A stretch of DNA of 57,687 nucleotides from an uncultured Oscillospiraceae bacterium (GTDB lineage Bacteria > Bacillota > Clostridia > Oscillospirales > Oscillospiraceae). Shown here one piece after another: positions 16,920 to 24,628 of the stretch. The translations under genes and the position numbers were made by a program. Within the stretch, counting starts at the first letter, position 1; each line of letters starts with the position of its first letter. The notes below the pieces were generated by a model, which saw nothing but the letters and a program-made list of their open reading frames with translations, was not told the DNA's origin and searched no databases. Location of the stretch: the NCBI GenBank assembly GCA_934590505.1, contig CAKTPC010000001.1, forward strand, positions 1 through 57,687, read 5' to 3'.

Positions 16920-18073
16920 TATTTTGCCTCCTTTATGCTTTCAACAAAGCTTTCAAGTCTTGTAGTGAGCGGAGCCATAGCTTCGCGAGAGTACTCGTAA
17001 GAGGACTCGAGCTTCATGACGGGCATGCCCATTTTAGCAAGCTTTGCGCGGAGAACGGTGAACTCCATGTCGTATATTTCGTCGAAGGCGAGCTGATACC
17101 AGAGGATACCGTCGACCTTGTATTCCTTGATGAGCTCTTCGAGATACTCGAAACGGGTGTCCCATGCGGGCTGGAAGATGGTGATGGGAACCTTCTTGTC
17201 ATATATCGCGGAAGCATAAGCCTCGATGACGTCGCCCTCGGTGGAAATGTCGCAGCGGAAAGGACGGATAGCTTCATCCAGAAATTCGGAGACGATCTCG
17301 CCGCCGGCAGCTTCGATGATGCTGGGAACCATATAGTCGCCAAGAGCGACTGCGCGGCCCATGATAAGGATGCGCGGTGCGCCTTCCTTGTGGACGCCGG
17401 GAGCGTCCTTCAGCTCGTCATAGATCTTCTCCAGAGCGGCTATGCTCTCATCGTAGCTCACGCGGTAGGTGTAATGATTGAGTTTGATGAAATCGCTGAA
17501 GGTGATGGGCGGGTTGTCCTTCTTGCGCAGCTCGTCTATCTTGCGCAGCAGCTCATTTATCTTATTGGTCTTTGCGTAGTTTGCGCGGATGTCGTCATCG
17601 CTGATCGGGTGACCGGCGATCTCCTCCAGCTTTGCGCGGAACTCCTTGAGCTCGTTGCGGTAGTACTCCTGGGAGATACCGACGACGTTGTCTGCGGGGA
17701 CGCCTATTTTATAGACGGGTACACCCTTGTACTCAAGGATCTCGGACATACGGCCATAGTGGCAGTCAGACTGCTGGATCGCGACGCAGTCAGCAATGGG
17801 CATGACCGGGTCGAGGTTCATGAGGTAAGCGCCTGCCATGGTGGCTGCCAGAGGATTCATAAAGCGCAGCATATAGTCGAGCGTAGCCTCGGGGGGCTGG
17901 GGGTCGCCGCCTTTGCAAATAAGGAAAGGATCCATACCGGCAGCAACGATCCACTGTTCAGGAACGAAATCGCCGAAGTACTCAACGACTTTCTTTCCTT
18001 CCTTCTTGTCTTTGACTATCTCCAGCGGACGCTTGCTGGAGAGTCTGTCAAGTTCCTGCATTATCTCCTTCAC
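16919..18073 (-). CDS. 2-hydroxyacyl-CoA dehydratase family protein, beta subunit, copy 2
   Basis: GTG start with AAGGAGG 7 nt upstream. 384 aa, collinear with beta1. Confidence 0.8.
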   Translation of the reverse strand: MKEIMQELDRLSSKRPLEIVKDKKEGKKVVEYFGDFVPEQWIVAAGMDPFLICKGGDPQPPEATLDYMLRFMNPLAATMAGAYLMNLDPVMPIADCVAIQQSDCHYGRMSEILEYKGVPVYKIGVPADNVVGISQEYYRNELKEFRAKLEEIAGHPISDDDIRANYAKTNKINELLRKIDELRKKDNPPITFSDFIKLNHYTYRVSYDESIAALEKIYDELKDAPGVHKEGAPRILIMGRAVALGDYMVPSIIEAAGGEIVSEFLDEAIRPFRCDISTEGDVIEAYASAIYDKKVPITIFQPAWDTRFEYLEELIKEYKVDGILWYQLAFDEIYDMEFTVLRAKLAKMGMPVMKLESSYEYSREAMAPLTTRLESFVESIKEAK

Positions 18074-18425
18074 GAAGAGACCTCCTTAAAAATGTATTTT
18101 ACGGATGTATCCAGATGTACCGGATGCGCAGCAATGAATGTTTTGCTCGACTGAGTCTTGACACATTTATGACAATATCACTTACACCGTAAATAATCAA
18201 GTGTTTTCGCGCAGAAAAATCAATTTTAGCTATTGTGACAAAAAGAACAAACTCGAATTTGTGTAAAAGTGCTGAAAATAAAGAAAAATGCGGAAAATGA
18301 TTATTATTTACAGTGTATATTTCGGGGATTAAAGTTTTGAAAATGGATTAAAAGCATGAAATTTGAGCGTTTTATTTATACTTGACGTTCAAAAATGTCA
18401 AAGAAAACGGGCAATCCGACACCTC

Positions 18426-18454
18426 TTGACAGGCGGAAAGGACGAAGATATTAT
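18426..18454 (+). promoter_or_regulatory. SigA-type promoter for the MFS transporter gene
   Basis: TTGACA (18426-18431), 17-nt spacer, TATTAT (18449-18454). An inverted repeat TTGAC-N10-GTCAA lies at 18382-18401 upstream. Confidence 0.4.
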
Positions 18455-18545
18455 AAATGCAGAAACCGGAAATGTACAACGTAAGCAGTGAATCCCTCCC
18501 GACTGAGTCTGACACAAAATTTAGTATGGTGGGAGATTCACACAC

Positions 18546-19712
18546 ATGGAAAAATCTAAAGGCAAGATTCAGATCGGCATATATCTGATCGCTATTCTGA
18601 TGATGGGCGTTGTCGGCATCGCCAGCTCTCTCGGCGTTGTCGCGGCACAGTTCCCGGAGGTGTCCATGACCAACGTTCAGGTTGGCCTCATCTCTGTCCC
18701 CTGCATTGTTATAATGGTCGTTACTCTGCTGATGGGCAAGCTCATGCAGGTCATCTCCAAAAAGACGCTCACCATTATTGCGATCGTTCTCTTCCTTGTC
18801 GGCGGTATCGGGCCTGCTTTCATGAGCTCGTTCTCCGCTATCATCGTTCTGCGCGGCGTGTTCGGCGCGGGTGTCGGTATCCTTCAGGTCGTCAGCACAG
18901 CTCTTGTTGCCGAGAACTTTGAAGGCGCAGAGCGTGAGAAGGTTCAGGGCAATCTTCAGGCATTCCAGATGCTCGGCTGCGCGATCATGGTCTTTGTCGG
19001 CGGCTGGCTCGGCGCAAAGGGCTGGAACACCGCATTCTATGTTCACGCTCTTGCTCTTGTCTCTCTTGTTGCTGCAATAGTCTGCATTCCGAACCACAAG
19101 CCTGTCGCGGCTGCCAAGACCGACGACAAGCCCGCAGAGAAGGCACAGCTCACCGGCAAGATGTGGGTGTGGATGATCGTTGCATTCTTTGTGTTCTGCA
19201 CCGGTCAGATATACTCCAACTCCAACGCGTTCCTCGTTGCTGATAAAGGGATCGGCGATTCCGCCGCTTCAGGTCTGGGCATGGCGTTCTTCTGCGCAGG
19301 CGGCATCCTGATGGGATTCATGTACGGCAAGCTTGCAAAGGCTACCGGCAAGTTCACCATGGCTATCGGCTTCTTTGTGATGGCGCTTTCCTATGTCATC
19401 ATGGCCGCAGGCAGCAGCATTGCAGCGTTCTATATCGGCTGCCTTGTTCTTGGCCTTGGCATGTCCATAGTTATGCCTAATGTGTTCCTCAATGTCGGCA
19501 GTTCCGTAGCTCCGGCGGCAGTCGGTGTGGCTCTGTCCATCGCGACCTGTGTTCAGAACTTCGGTCAGTTCTGCAGCCCGTATATCGTCAATCCTATCGT
19601 CAACGCCATCGGCGGTACCGCAAGCGTAGTTTCCTTCTATGTCGCGGCAGTGCTCGGCGCGGTACTCGGTGTTGCAATGCTCGTTAAAGCGTTCTGCGAG
19701 AAAAAGGCCTGA
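18546..19712 (+). CDS. MFS transporter
   Basis: 388 aa, ~12 hydrophobic segments. MFS-like loop LMGKLMQVISKKT between TM2 and TM3. Confidence 0.8.
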   Translation: MEKSKGKIQIGIYLIAILMMGVVGIASSLGVVAAQFPEVSMTNVQVGLISVPCIVIMVVTLLMGKLMQVISKKTLTIIAIVLFLVGGIGPAFMSSFSAIIVLRGVFGAGVGILQVVSTALVAENFEGAEREKVQGNLQAFQMLGCAIMVFVGGWLGAKGWNTAFYVHALALVSLVAAIVCIPNHKPVAAAKTDDKPAEKAQLTGKMWVWMIVAFFVFCTGQIYSNSNAFLVADKGIGDSAASGLGMAFFCAGGILMGFMYGKLAKATGKFTMAIGFFVMALSYVIMAAGSSIAAFYIGCLVLGLGMSIVMPNVFLNVGSSVAPAAVGVALSIATCVQNFGQFCSPYIVNPIVNAIGGTASVVSFYVAAVLGAVLGVAMLVKAFCEKKA

Positions 19713-19731
19713 GCCTCAGGCAAATACGAAA

Positions 19732-19775
19732 AGCAGTAAGCCGATTTCACTTACGATTTCGGCTTGCTGTTTTAC
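19732..19775 (+). terminator. Rho-independent terminator after the MFS gene
   Basis: agcagtaagccga (19732-19744) pairs with tcggcttgctgt (19759-19770), including 2 G-U pairs, followed by TTTT. Confidence 0.5.
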
Positions 19776-19843
19776 AAAAGAAAGTTGATAATTAACGGCC
19801 TGCCGCTTATGCGGGGCTGATAAAAAACGGAAGGATAAACAAA

Positions 19844-21256
19844 ATGTACGATTACGATATAGTATGTATCGGCGGCGGCCCCGGCGGCTCGGCCTGCGCG
19901 ATGCGCTCCGCTGACCGCGGCAAAAAGGTTGCAATAATTGAAGCACGTCCGAAGAACGGTTCAGGCGGTACCTGCGTTAACCGCGGCTGTATTCCGACCA
20001 AGGCGCTCATGGCCTCCACAAATCTTTATGCTTCCCTCAAGGAAGCCAAGGCCTACGGCATCAACATTGATATGTCTGCCGTTACGGTTGATTTCAAGGC
20101 GATAGACAAGCGCAGAAAAGGCGTCATAAACAATCTCGGCTTTGGCCTTGAGACCCTGCTGTGGAAGAAGTCCCGCGGTATCGATGTCATCAAGGGCAGA
20201 GCAAGACTTGTTGATGCGCATACCATTGAGGTCGACAACGGCAAGGAGAAGAAAATCGTCACTGCCGAGTATATCAACATCGCCGTCGGCTCCGAGCCTG
20301 CGGAGATACCGGCATTCCATGTCGACCATCAGAAGGTCATCACCTCCAATGAGATAATGGATTTCTCACGCCCCATGCCCAAGAGCATAGTCATCATCGG
20401 CTCCGGTGCTATCGGCCTTGAGTATGCCCATATTTACAACACCTTTGATATTCCCGTTACCATCGTCGAGATGATGCCGAATCTCGTTCCTGCTCTGCAC
20501 GAGCCCGAGATCACCGACGCTGTGCGCAAGTCCCTTGAGAAGCGCGGCATAGTCGTCAAGACCGGCTCCGGCATTGCAAACGTCGAGGTCCAGCCTGACG
20601 GCAGCGTCAAGTCCACTCTCGCAAACGGCGAGGAGCTTATCTCCGACGAAGTTCTCTGCGCCATCGGCCGCACGCTCAATACCCGTGATATGGGCCTTGA
20701 GGAAGTCGGCGTCAAGATGGAGAAGAACGGCCAGATCATCACCGACGAGCACATGCGCACCAGCGTGCCCAACATCTTTGCCGCAGGCGATGTCACCACC
20801 GGCACACAGCTTTCCGACAAGGCGCAGCGTCAGGGACTGGTCATTGCCGAGACGATAGCGGGCAATGACTATTATATAAACTACGACGTTATCCCCGTCA
20901 CCACCTTCCTCGAACCCGAGATCGCATGGGTCGGCTACACTCAGGCCGATGCGGAAGCCAAGGGGATCAAGACGATCTCCGGTTCTCTCGGCTTTGCGTC
21001 CAACGAGAAGATGATCGCTATCGGCAAGACCGAAGGCGTTATCAAGGTCGTTGCCCGAGAGGATGACCATGTTATCATCGGCTGCCAGATCTTCGGCCAT
21101 GAGGCCTGCGACCTGATCGCAGAGATGACCGTCGCTGTTGAGAACAAGATGACGCTTGAGCAGGTGTACAACACCATCCACCCGCACCCGACCGTGACCG
21201 AGCTTATCCTCGAAGTATGCAAGCGCGCGGTCAACCTGGCCTTTGATAAGGGCTGA
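19844..21256 (+). CDS. Dihydrolipoyl dehydrogenase-like class-I pyridine nucleotide-disulfide oxidoreductase (stand-alone E3)
   Basis: GGGPGGSACA dinucleotide fold, redox disulfide GGTCVNRGCIPTK, C-terminal HPHPTVTE His-Glu dyad. No E1, E2 or H-protein genes in the window. Confidence 0.8.
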   Translation: MYDYDIVCIGGGPGGSACAMRSADRGKKVAIIEARPKNGSGGTCVNRGCIPTKALMASTNLYASLKEAKAYGINIDMSAVTVDFKAIDKRRKGVINNLGFGLETLLWKKSRGIDVIKGRARLVDAHTIEVDNGKEKKIVTAEYINIAVGSEPAEIPAFHVDHQKVITSNEIMDFSRPMPKSIVIIGSGAIGLEYAHIYNTFDIPVTIVEMMPNLVPALHEPEITDAVRKSLEKRGIVVKTGSGIANVEVQPDGSVKSTLANGEELISDEVLCAIGRTLNTRDMGLEEVGVKMEKNGQIITDEHMRTSVPNIFAAGDVTTGTQLSDKAQRQGLVIAETIAGNDYYINYDVIPVTTFLEPEIAWVGYTQADAEAKGIKTISGSLGFASNEKMIAIGKTEGVIKVVAREDDHVIIGCQIFGHEACDLIAEMTVAVENKMTLEQVYNTIHPHPTVTELILEVCKRAVNLAFDKG

Positions 21257-21270
21257 GAGTACATAAGAAA

Positions 21271-21296
21271 CGCAGAGCCCCATTTGGGGCTCTGCG
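21271..21296 (+). terminator. GC-rich hairpin without a downstream U-tract (leaky terminator or processing site) between lpd-like and the cassette
   Basis: cgcagagcccc (21271-21281) / ggggctctgcg (21286-21296), 11-bp stem with a 4-nt loop. It is followed by AATGAAATG, not a T run. Confidence 0.35.
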
Positions 21297-21310
21297 AATG
21301 AAATGATAAA

Positions 21311-22012
21311 GTGATTATGGAAAAAACACCGCTGAGGGATGCCTTCGTGCAGCGCAAAGATCGCTTCTTCCTGCTGGATAAGGGGTTTATAAACGCAGGC
21401 TTTACCGAAACGCTCGAACTGCTTGAGATCGGCTGCGCCGGTGGAGAAGCATCAGAGCACCTGTCTGGTAAAGGCTTTACAAAGCTCACGGCGATCGATA
21501 TTGACGGCACTGTACTTGAGCGAGCCCGAGAGTGTGCGCCGGGCTGCCGGTTTATCTGCGCCGATGCCTGTGCGATGCCGTTTGCGGACGAAAGCTTTGA
21601 CGGCGTTTTCAGTGAAGCGGCCTTTGCCGTGATACCGGATAAAGCTGCCGCAGCTGCAGAATATGCACGCATACTGAGAAGCGGCGGCAGATTCCTGCTG
21701 AATGATTTTGCACTCAGAAAGCCAACCGCGGCAGAGCGCCGGGATATACAAGGCATACCGTGCCTTGAAGGGGTGCAGACTGCTGAGGATTATATCGAAA
21801 TTTTTCGAAGTGCCGGGTTCAAAACGGTATATCAAAAAGAGGAATACCCGGAGCTTGTGCGCATTGCCGCGAGCCTGAGCCGTCGGTACGGAGTTCCGAT
21901 GAAAGATGTCGGCAGCTATATACAGTGCGCCTTCGGAAACAGCAAATATGTCAACGAGTTTTTCAAGAATACGGAAATGAGCTATTACCAGATCGTTTTT
22001 GAAAAGGAATAG
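21311..22012 (+). CDS. Class-I SAM-dependent methyltransferase (Methyltransf_11-like; ArsM-related scaffold lacking most of the ArsM cysteines)
   Basis: Motif I LLEIGCAGGEAS, motif II/III FDGVFSEAAF, ILRSGGRFLLND. C-terminal block IPCLEGVQTAEDYIEIFRSAGF. Confidence 0.8.
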   Translation: MIMEKTPLRDAFVQRKDRFFLLDKGFINAGFTETLELLEIGCAGGEASEHLSGKGFTKLTAIDIDGTVLERARECAPGCRFICADACAMPFADESFDGVFSEAAFAVIPDKAAAAAEYARILRSGGRFLLNDFALRKPTAAERRDIQGIPCLEGVQTAEDYIEIFRSAGFKTVYQKEEYPELVRIAASLSRRYGVPMKDVGSYIQCAFGNSKYVNEFFKNTEMSYYQIVFEKE

Positions 22013-22013
22013 A

Positions 22014-23282
22014 ATGGCGGATAGATTTTTATATAAGACAAAGAGCGTGTGCCCTGTGTGCCTGAAAGAGGTATACGCGGACATAGTCAGCCGTGACAGC
22101 GGGATATATATGGACAAATCCTGCGCGGAGCACGGCAGTTTTTCCACGCTTATATGGGCGGACAGCGCGGAGAACTATCTGCGCTGGCTGGAGTATGGCG
22201 GGATGGATGTAAACGGGCTGCCGCGGAATGAGGAAGAAGCGGACAAAGCCACCGGCGGGAAAGGTTTTGCATGCGAGGCATGTCAGCTCCCGGCGTCGTC
22301 CGCGCTTATGACGACGAACCGCTGCAACATGAACTGCCCCGTCTGCTTTACGCGCGACAAGAATGAACCGCTGCATGAGCCGAGCCTTGAGGAGTGCGAG
22401 GCTTTGATGAAGCGTTATAAGGAACTTGCGGGAGATGACGCGCTTATAGAATTCTGCGGCGGGGAGCCGACTGTCAGAAAGGACATATGCGACCTCACGA
22501 ACGCTGCCAGGACAATAGGCTTTGATTATATCCAGCTCAACACTAACGGAATAGAGCTGGCAAAAAATAAAGACCTTGCCCGCGCGCTGCGCTTCTGCGG
22601 GCTGACGACCGTGTATCTGGGCTTCGACGGGATGTCGGATAAGCCGTACTATGCAAAGTACGGTAAACCCATGCTCGATATAAAAAAGAAGGCAGTCGAG
22701 AACTGCGCTGCGGCGGGGCTTGCGGTAGTGCTTGTCTGCTGCGTGATACCCGGCGAGAACGATGGCGAGCTTGGGCAGATAATCGAATACGCAAAGCAGA
22801 ACATGCCGACAGTCAAGGGCGTGTATCTCCAGCCGATAAGCTACTTCGGGATATACCCGCACGATAAGGTCAGGCGCATAACCATACCTGACGTTATCCG
22901 CCGGCTCGATGAGCAGTGCGGGGATATATCCGCGCGGGATTTCGGACCGGGTGCATATGACCATGCGCAGTGCTCGTTCAACGCCTGCTATATGCTCGGC
23001 AAAGACGGCCGGCTCAAGGCGCTGACGCGCTTTTCAAAGCGTGAGCGTGAGGAAAACGCAGTCCACCGCCTGCGTAAAAATATGCGCGCAACATGGATGC
23101 CGAGTCAGAATAAAATGCTGACAGTCGGCGGAATGGCGTTTCAGGATAATTCAAACATCGACCTTATGCGCGTCCAGCGCTGCTCAATCCAGATAATCCA
23201 GCGCGACGGACGGATGATCCCGCTTTGCAGCAAATACCTCAGCAGCTGCGACGGACACAAAATATTTGACGGAATAGGATAA
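22014..23282 (+). CDS. Radical SAM protein, MJ0619 / tetraether-synthase-like architecture (copy 1)
   Basis: N-terminal knuckle SVCPVCLKEV...CAEHGSF, radical-SAM triad NRCNMNCPVCF, GGEPTVRKD, C-terminal QRCSIQ...PLCSKY. Start placed at ATG 22014, 1 nt after the methyltransferase stop (the tracked TTG is at 21999). Confidence 0.75.
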   Translation: MADRFLYKTKSVCPVCLKEVYADIVSRDSGIYMDKSCAEHGSFSTLIWADSAENYLRWLEYGGMDVNGLPRNEEEADKATGGKGFACEACQLPASSALMTTNRCNMNCPVCFTRDKNEPLHEPSLEECEALMKRYKELAGDDALIEFCGGEPTVRKDICDLTNAARTIGFDYIQLNTNGIELAKNKDLARALRFCGLTTVYLGFDGMSDKPYYAKYGKPMLDIKKKAVENCAAAGLAVVLVCCVIPGENDGELGQIIEYAKQNMPTVKGVYLQPISYFGIYPHDKVRRITIPDVIRRLDEQCGDISARDFGPGAYDHAQCSFNACYMLGKDGRLKALTRFSKREREENAVHRLRKNMRATWMPSQNKMLTVGGMAFQDNSNIDLMRVQRCSIQIIQRDGRMIPLCSKYLSSCDGHKIFDGIG

Positions 23283-23287
23283 ATATA

Positions 23288-24628
23288 ATGAGCAAGACCC
23301 TACAGTACGGCCTGTACGAGCTGTGCAGGATGAGGATAGAGCAGGACGCGGAATTTCGCGCGCAGTCCGCGCGCGGCGATTTCAGCGTTGTGGATGATGA
23401 GCTTTTTGACGAATACAGGCTCTGGCAGCTTAAAAAGACGGTGAAGCTTGTCAAGGAAAACAGCGCCTTTTACGGCAGACTCTACGCAAAGTACAATGTC
23501 GGTGCGGAGGATATCGGCAGCCTAAGCGATATTCAGAAGCTGCCATTCACAACACCGAAGGACCTTTCCGGTACGAGCTACAGCTTTCTCTGCACCTCGC
23601 AGGGAGAAGTGGAAAAGCCGGTGACATTTTTCTCCTCCGGATCGACCGGTATGAAAAAGCGTATCTTTTTCTCCCAACGCGATATACAGAAAATATTCGA
23701 GTTTCTCCCGCGCGGCATGAACACGGTCGTTGACCGTGATGAGGGGCGCTGTGTCGTGTTCCTCCAAAACTCGCAGGGGCGGGGGATCGGCGGCATATTG
23801 GCGCAGAGCCTTATCAGGTTCGGCATGCAGGCATGGGCGGCAGATCTTCACGACGACCCGGAGGAGCTGTATGAGCTCTCGGTAAAAAACAGGGTCAACG
23901 TCTGGTTCGGCGAGGCTATCACGATATATAGGGCCACGCGCATCCTCGCCGAGAAGCACGATCTTTCAAAGCTCGGCATGCAGTGCATCTTCATCACCAT
24001 GACGAATATCCCACAGAGCATGATAGATTATCTTGCCGAGACATGGCAGTGCCGCGTTTCGACGCACTATGGGCTCACCGAGTCCGGCTGGGGGCTTGCC
24101 GTAGACTGCGATGTTTGCAGCGGGTATCACTATAACGAGATAGACCACATCATAGAGATAGTCGACCCCGATACCGGAGCTCCGCTGCCGTACGGCGAGG
24201 AGGGCGAGGTCGTGCTGACAAACATCTCGCGCGACTGTATGCCGCTCGTGCGCTACCGCACGGGGGATATCGCGAAGCTCGAAAAAGCCGTCTGCGGCAG
24301 TCACTTGGATGTGCTCGGCCATATCGTCCGCCGCAAGGAGGGCGCGTATGTGCTTCAGGGGCATGAGCTTTTCCCGGCGCTGTTTGACGAGGTGCTCTTC
24401 GGTACTGACGGGCTGCTTGACTACCGCATATTCACCGACGGCAATAAGCTGACTTTCGAGATAGAGACGCTTGATCCGGAGCGGTTTGACGCCGACGGTC
24501 TGCGCAGCAGGCTGGCTGCACTTGAGGTCATGCAGGGACTTCCCGCACCGGAGATAACTCTGCTGCCGTGCGGCGCGCTGCGCGAGCACTGCTTTGAGAA
24601 AAAGCGCATTATGGAGAGAACGCCGTGA
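23288..24628 (+). CDS. Adenylate-forming enzyme, phenylacetate-CoA ligase / coenzyme F390 synthetase family
   Basis: SSGSTGMKKR (P-loop motif), YGLTE, RYRTGD, C-terminal EKKRI lysine region. 446 aa. Confidence 0.8.
   Translation: MSKTLQYGLYELCRMRIEQDAEFRAQSARGDFSVVDDELFDEYRLWQLKKTVKLVKENSAFYGRLYAKYNVGAEDIGSLSDIQKLPFTTPKDLSGTSYSFLCTSQGEVEKPVTFFSSGSTGMKKRIFFSQRDIQKIFEFLPRGMNTVVDRDEGRCVVFLQNSQGRGIGGILAQSLIRFGMQAWAADLHDDPEELYELSVKNRVNVWFGEAITIYRATRILAEKHDLSKLGMQCIFITMTNIPQSMIDYLAETWQCRVSTHYGLTESGWGLAVDCDVCSGYHYNEIDHIIEIVDPDTGAPLPYGEEGEVVLTNISRDCMPLVRYRTGDIAKLEKAVCGSHLDVLGHIVRRKEGAYVLQGHELFPALFDEVLFGTDGLLDYRIFTDGNKLTFEIETLDPERFDADGLRSRLAALEVMQGLPAPEITLLPCGALREHCFEKKRIMERTP

Noticed and set aside
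18372-19097. 241-aa minus-strand ORF opposite the MFS transporter gene.
   Set aside because: Shadow frame. It is charged and low-complexity (Asp/Asn/His/Arg), while the opposite strand encodes a typical 12-TM MFS protein.
19844-21256. Lpd-like protein as a mercuric reductase (given the nearby ArsR and metal theme).
   Set aside because: It lacks the MerA C-terminal Cys pair and the N-terminal HMA domain. It has the His-Glu dyad (HPHPTVTE) typical of dihydrolipoyl dehydrogenases.
21311-22012. Calling the methyltransferase arsM (arsenite methyltransferase).
   Set aside because: Only one of the conserved ArsM cysteines (the GC.AGA position) has a counterpart. The SNC cysteine and the N-terminal Cys pair are absent, so a canonical As(III) site cannot form.
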